From: Heterodontus francisci
Taxonomy: Eukaryota
Reading direction: 5' to 3'
Assembly (NCBI RefSeq): GCF_036365525.1
Contig: NC_090408.1
Coordinates: 25,340,884-25,404,883 of the forward strand
Length of the DNA: 64,000 nt
This document shows positions 59,694 through 64,000 of the stretch, in pieces. The translations under genes and the position numbers were made by a program. The notes below the pieces were generated by a model, which made no database searches, had not been told where the DNA came from, and saw nothing but the letters and a program-made list of their open reading frames with translations. The first letter of the stretch is position 1; each line of letters begins with the position of its first letter.

Positions 59694-61349
59694 ATGGAGC
59701 CTTATATTGGTGCTATTCAAGATAAACAAATGCAGCGAGATTATGGAATTCAAATCAGGTTTATTCAAGATGCACAAGAAGAAGCAATTAGGGCACAAAA
59801 ATCTCAGATTGGTCTTAACAAATCGGGGTCATACGGAGTCAGCATTAGGGTACAGGGCATCGATGGACAGCCGTATGTAGTGCTAAACAGCAACCAGGAA
59901 GGACATTTGCAAATGTTTGAGCCTCCACCTGAAAATGGTTGCTTTGATCAAACTTTGTCTCAGGCTGGTTTTAAAGCATATTCTGGTCCCTGTGCAAGAG
60001 AACAAGAAAGCAAATTCTCCAATAATGGCCATCATTCCTATTCGGAAAGTCCATACTTCAACCCACTTAAGCCATCTTCTTATCCACAGCTGCCTGTGCC
60101 AGTAGCAGAGACCTCAAAGGATGAGGTTGATAAAAAAGGCACAAAGGCAAGTGGTTTACTGAATTTCCAAAAACATCCTGAAATTCTGAAGCCATATGAC
60201 CCTGAGAAGAACCTCTTGAAATGCAGTAGTCAACAAAATCTGACTAGTAGCAAGTCTTCAGATAGGAGCAAAGACACGCCTTTTCTTCAGTTACCCAAAT
60301 CTGAATTTTCGGATAAGTTAGATATGAGGTCATTGAGTTCAGTAAAGTCCAATGTTGAGAAAAATAATTTCACTAAGTCCACAGAAATGGAAGGTTCAAT
60401 CAAAAAAGCTGCTGGGTCTACCAGTAGAAAAGGGGATACACTGAACACCAACAGAAGATGTCGAAACAATACCAGTCCTGATGCAGAAATTTCTCAGAAA
60501 ACACGACCAGATTTGCTACCTTTGCGCCGGCAAGATTCAGCTGGTAGAGTTTTTGATGCATCTAGATCACGGCAGTCGTCATCTTCAACTCCAACGTCAG
60601 CAAGTTCGGACAAGCTAAATCCTTCATACAAGTTCTGGATGGATGATCCGGATGAAGAGCTTTCTGCTGAAAATGTAAACCGGCATGAGAACAGGAGATA
60701 CATTCCCTTCTTTCCAGGCACTGGTCGTGATATTGACTCAGGCCCTATTCCTGGGGTGGTTGAATTGATTGATAAATTTGATGGAAAAGATGGGCAGCAC
60801 CGGCGAGGTAGGTCTGCAAGGAGAAACCGAATCGATCCGGAAGATCGAAAACGATCCCGAAGTGTAGATAGCGCTTTTCCACTTAGATTGCAAGGTAATT
60901 CTGCTTACATGGACCAATACAATAAAAAGCTTGGAAAATCAAATGAGCATTTGTTGAGACCATCGCAGTTGTGCCGTAAGAATGCTGCCTCACAAAGTTT
61001 AAAAAACACTGCCAATTATGTTACTGCTACTGGTAGTTTTGGCACAGATCAAACACAACCTACAGAAAACCAGGGCAACCTGAGTTATGGTTTTATGAAG
61101 AGTCCAGATCAGACTGAAGTGAATGGAGGAGCTACTCGTGAACGTAGTGAGAAAATTTCTGTTAAATCTTCCACACTCCCTGCAGGTACAATCAATAAGC
61201 CTGAGGCCAAAAAGGAGGAAATAACTTCTGTTACACAAATAAAGACTTGTAAAACAACTCCTTCCTCCTTTGGGATCATTACAAAGAGTTCAGATCCTCA
61301 GCAGCGTACTGCTCCTATGAGCCAAATCTCCTGTGAACATGATGTGCAG
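59694..61349 (+). CDS. CGNL1: cingulin-like protein 1 (paracingulin/JACOP), first large coding exon (head domain, 552 codons); gene continues beyond the window
   Basis: ZIM motif GSYGVSIRVQGIDGQPYVVLN; LLNFQKHPEILKPYDPEKN; NVNRHENRRYIPFFPGTGRDIDSGPIPGV; RKRSRSVDSAFP; acceptor TTGCAG at 59656-59661; phase-0 donor CAG|GTAAGC at 61349/61350. Confidence 0.95.
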
Positions 61350-62257
61350 GTAAGCATTAGAATTGCAAATAAAATAGCCAGTTTGTCAATTCAGGAATGA
61401 TTTATTTCCCAATTGTCATCTGAATAATTTCTTGACACACGCTGGGATTCTGTCGAAAGAGTCACTGGGAACTGATGAGTCATTGCATTGGTGTAGCAAA
61501 TGTAAGATATATATTATAATGGGTTTGCTGGTAAATTTTTGAAATAAATTAAACCAGAATGTGGGATCTTAAACAATGCCCCAATACTTTATAGAATGGA
61601 GTGTCGTTAAGCATCAATTTAGTATTTCCTTCTTAAAACCTTTAAGTAAAAACTGTCCTGTGCTGCTGAAGACTAGTCAGAAATGATTAGGGTTTCACAA
61701 AAAGTGGTTAGATCTGAGTGATTCATGTAGTGCCTAAATATTCTAGATATGAGTAACAAGCAACTTCATCTTGAGGAATAATATTTATTTGGGTTTGCTT
61801 GAATTTACAAACACTGCATTCTCAATAATTTCCAATTTCCTCCCTCCAATTGGTTTTTCTCTCCTTACTCCCAGTAGTTTCATGGGCACAGGTGAGCCTA
61901 CTTTTCCTTGCCGAAATGGTTATTCTTTTAAGTACCAGTCTGGTCTGGCTATTAACTCTGAGAGATATTGCAGCTGATTATCAACCTGTGATGTCCATGG
62001 GATCTTCCAGTCAGTGGGTAGTGATGAGTAGTGGGTGTGAATCTTGGTAAATATGCATTCCTCCCTTCCCAACCCTCACCCTGCCCAGTTTGTGACTGTT
62101 AGGACCCTCAACGGTGGAACCTACTGAGATTACCTGCTCCATGCTAATTTGCTGATCTGGTTCTTTGTCAGTGGTGCACTGGTTTACAAGGCTAATTACA
62201 TGCAAATATCCAGATACTGGATGGTGGGGTGGGGGTGCAGGGTTGATCTTGTAAGGC

Positions 62258-63440
62258 ACAAAAACAGAAAATGTTGGAAATATTCAGCAGGTCAGGCAGG
62301 ATCTGGGAAGAGAAAAACAGAGTTAACGTTTCAGGCCTGTGACCTTTCACCAGAGGTGGTAAAAGTTAGAAATGTAATAGATTTTGAGCGAGTAAAAGGG
62401 TGGGGGGGCGGGGGGGGGGTGGAAGAACCAAAAGAAAGGTCTGAGGGTAGGAGAGATTTCTCCCCCCATAACACCCCTTCCCCCCCCCCCACAATTTCTT
62501 TCCTAATCCCTATACTTTGTATTCGGACAGCTGCTATCCTGCTATTTACACCTCATCCAGACACATCTTTTGTTTCTTTACTTGTCACATCAGCACTCCC
62601 TTTGGCTTTGTACCATGAAACCTTTTGCCATTTAATCTCTCCTGCCCTCCACCCTATCACAGATCTTGAAATGAGTAAAAGGGTGGGGGGGCGGGGGGGG
62701 TGGAAGAACCAAAAGAAAGGTCTGAGGGTAGGAGAGATTTCTCCCCCCATAACACCCCTTCCCCCCCCCCCCCAGCAAGTGCTGGAAATACTCAACAGGT
62801 CTGGCAGCATCAGTGTGGAGAGAAACAGAGGTAACGTTTCAGGGCGGCACAGTGGCGCAGTGGTTAGCACCGCAGCCTCACAGCTCCAGGGACCCCGGTT
62901 CGGTTCTGGGTACTGCCTGTGTGGAGTTTGCAAGTTCTCCCTGTGTCTGCGTGGGTTTTCTCCGGGTGCTCCGGTTTCCTCCCACAAGCCAAAAGACTTG
63001 CAGGTTGGTAGGTAAATTGGCCTTTATAAATTGTCACTAGTATAGGTAGGTGGTAGGGAAATTAGGGTCAGGTGGGGATGTTTGGTAGGAATATGGGATT
63101 AGTGTAGGATTATATAACTGGGTGGTTGATGGTCGGCACAGACTCGGTGGGCCGAAGGGCCTGTTTCAGTGCTGTATCTCTAATCTAATCTAATCTAATC
63201 TGTGACCCTTCCAGAACACTCAGACATTCCCTTCTGTTCTTCATTCCCCCTGCTCCCCCCTCCCTTTCACTTGCTCAAAACCTATTGCATTTCTCACTTT
63301 TGCCAGTTCTGATGAAAGGTCATAGACCTGAAACGTTAACTCTGCTTTTCCCTCCGCAGATGCTGCCTGACTTATTGAATATTTCCAGCATTTTCTGTTT
63401 TTGTTTCAGATTTCCAGCATCCGCAGTATTTTGCTTTTGT
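62258..63440. mobile_element. rearranged Penelope terminal repeats in both orientations
   Basis: Minus-type ends at 62258-62350 and 62775-62841; plus-type end at 63305-63440 (CTGATGAAAGGTCATAGACCTGAAACGTTAAC). Confidence 0.75.
62842..63200 (+). mobile_element. HE1-like V-SINE with (TAATC)4 tail, inserted in a Penelope end
   Basis: Full head GGGCGGCACAGTGGCGCAGTGGTTAGC; splits AACGTTTCAG...TCTGTGACC. Confidence 0.93.
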
Positions 63441-64000
63441 ATTGGTCTTGTAAGGTTCCAGTTTCTCATCCCGTTTCTGCAGCTCACCACACTCTCCCAT
63501 TTAAGGAGTTTGAAGTGATCCCTAAAAGCTCCGCCACGCATTTATTTTGCTACCATTCAATTGTTACTCTAATAAGGATTGTTTTCAGTGCCTTTCTCAA
63601 AGAACTTTATGGAAGAGGTCAAAGAAGAACAAACATGGGAAACGAGAAATATAATGCTGAGTGTGGCCAGTCTGTCCCCAACTGCTCTCTGGTAATGCCA
63701 GAAGAGAACTGCCTCAGTAGACTGATGGCCAGCCATCGATTGCAAAGACACTTGCAGCCAACATCCAGCATTGGGACTGCATTGCTAGTAGCCCTCGATG
63801 CCACCTTCTTTCCTCCCATTTCCAGGCTACTACAGGACAGCAGCCAAATCAACCATTTTGCTGTGCACAGATGAATCATATAAGTGACTGACTGTGCATC
63901 GTTTAACAAAGCAACTTTTTCCATCTCTTTTCCTACTGAATGGCGATAGTAGCATGACAGTCTGCCTGATTTCCCCATACTGCAGGATTCCCCAAAGGAA

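Noticed and set aside
59694-61349. Cingulin (CGN) rather than CGNL1
   Set aside because: The HPEILKPYDPEKN, RHENRRYIPF.PGTGRDID and RSRSVDSAFP blocks match what I recall of CGNL1
59673-61400. The 575-aa ORF as a complete single-exon protein
   Set aside because: It starts at GTG and runs through a consensus donor at 61350; CGNL1 needs downstream coiled-coil exons outside the window
62149-63015. 288-aa ORF after the CGNL1 exon
   Set aside because: Made of Penelope ends, the local duplication and a V-SINE; no CGNL1 similarity

Overview
Eukaryotic, cartilaginous-fish (shark-type) genomic DNA, judged from HE1-like V-SINEs, SacSINE1-like DeuSINEs and elasmobranch-type CR1, RTE, Tx1 and Penelope repeats. 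The only host gene I can support is CGNL1 (cingulin-like 1/paracingulin) on the + strand. Its large first coding exon (ATG 59694 to donor 61349, head domain with the ZO-1 interaction motif) is unambiguous. A CpG-island promoter with a probable non-coding exon 1 at about 10.2-10.5 kb implies a first intron of about 49 kb. Most of the rest is transposable elements, often nested with readable target-site duplications (TSDs): CR1, L2, RTE, Tx1, Penelope, PIF/Harbinger, solo LTRs and several SINE families. I found no convincing new multi-gene system. The best leads are: a candidate upstream coding exon that would extend CGNL1 in frame; a duplicated promoter-proximal segment inside an L2; a four-level nested retroelement stack containing an uninterrupted RTE ORF; and copies resembling ancient SINEs (AmnSINE2, LF-SINE). 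Repeat family names come from recalled consensus sequences, not database searches, and boundaries are approximate unless a TSD is given.
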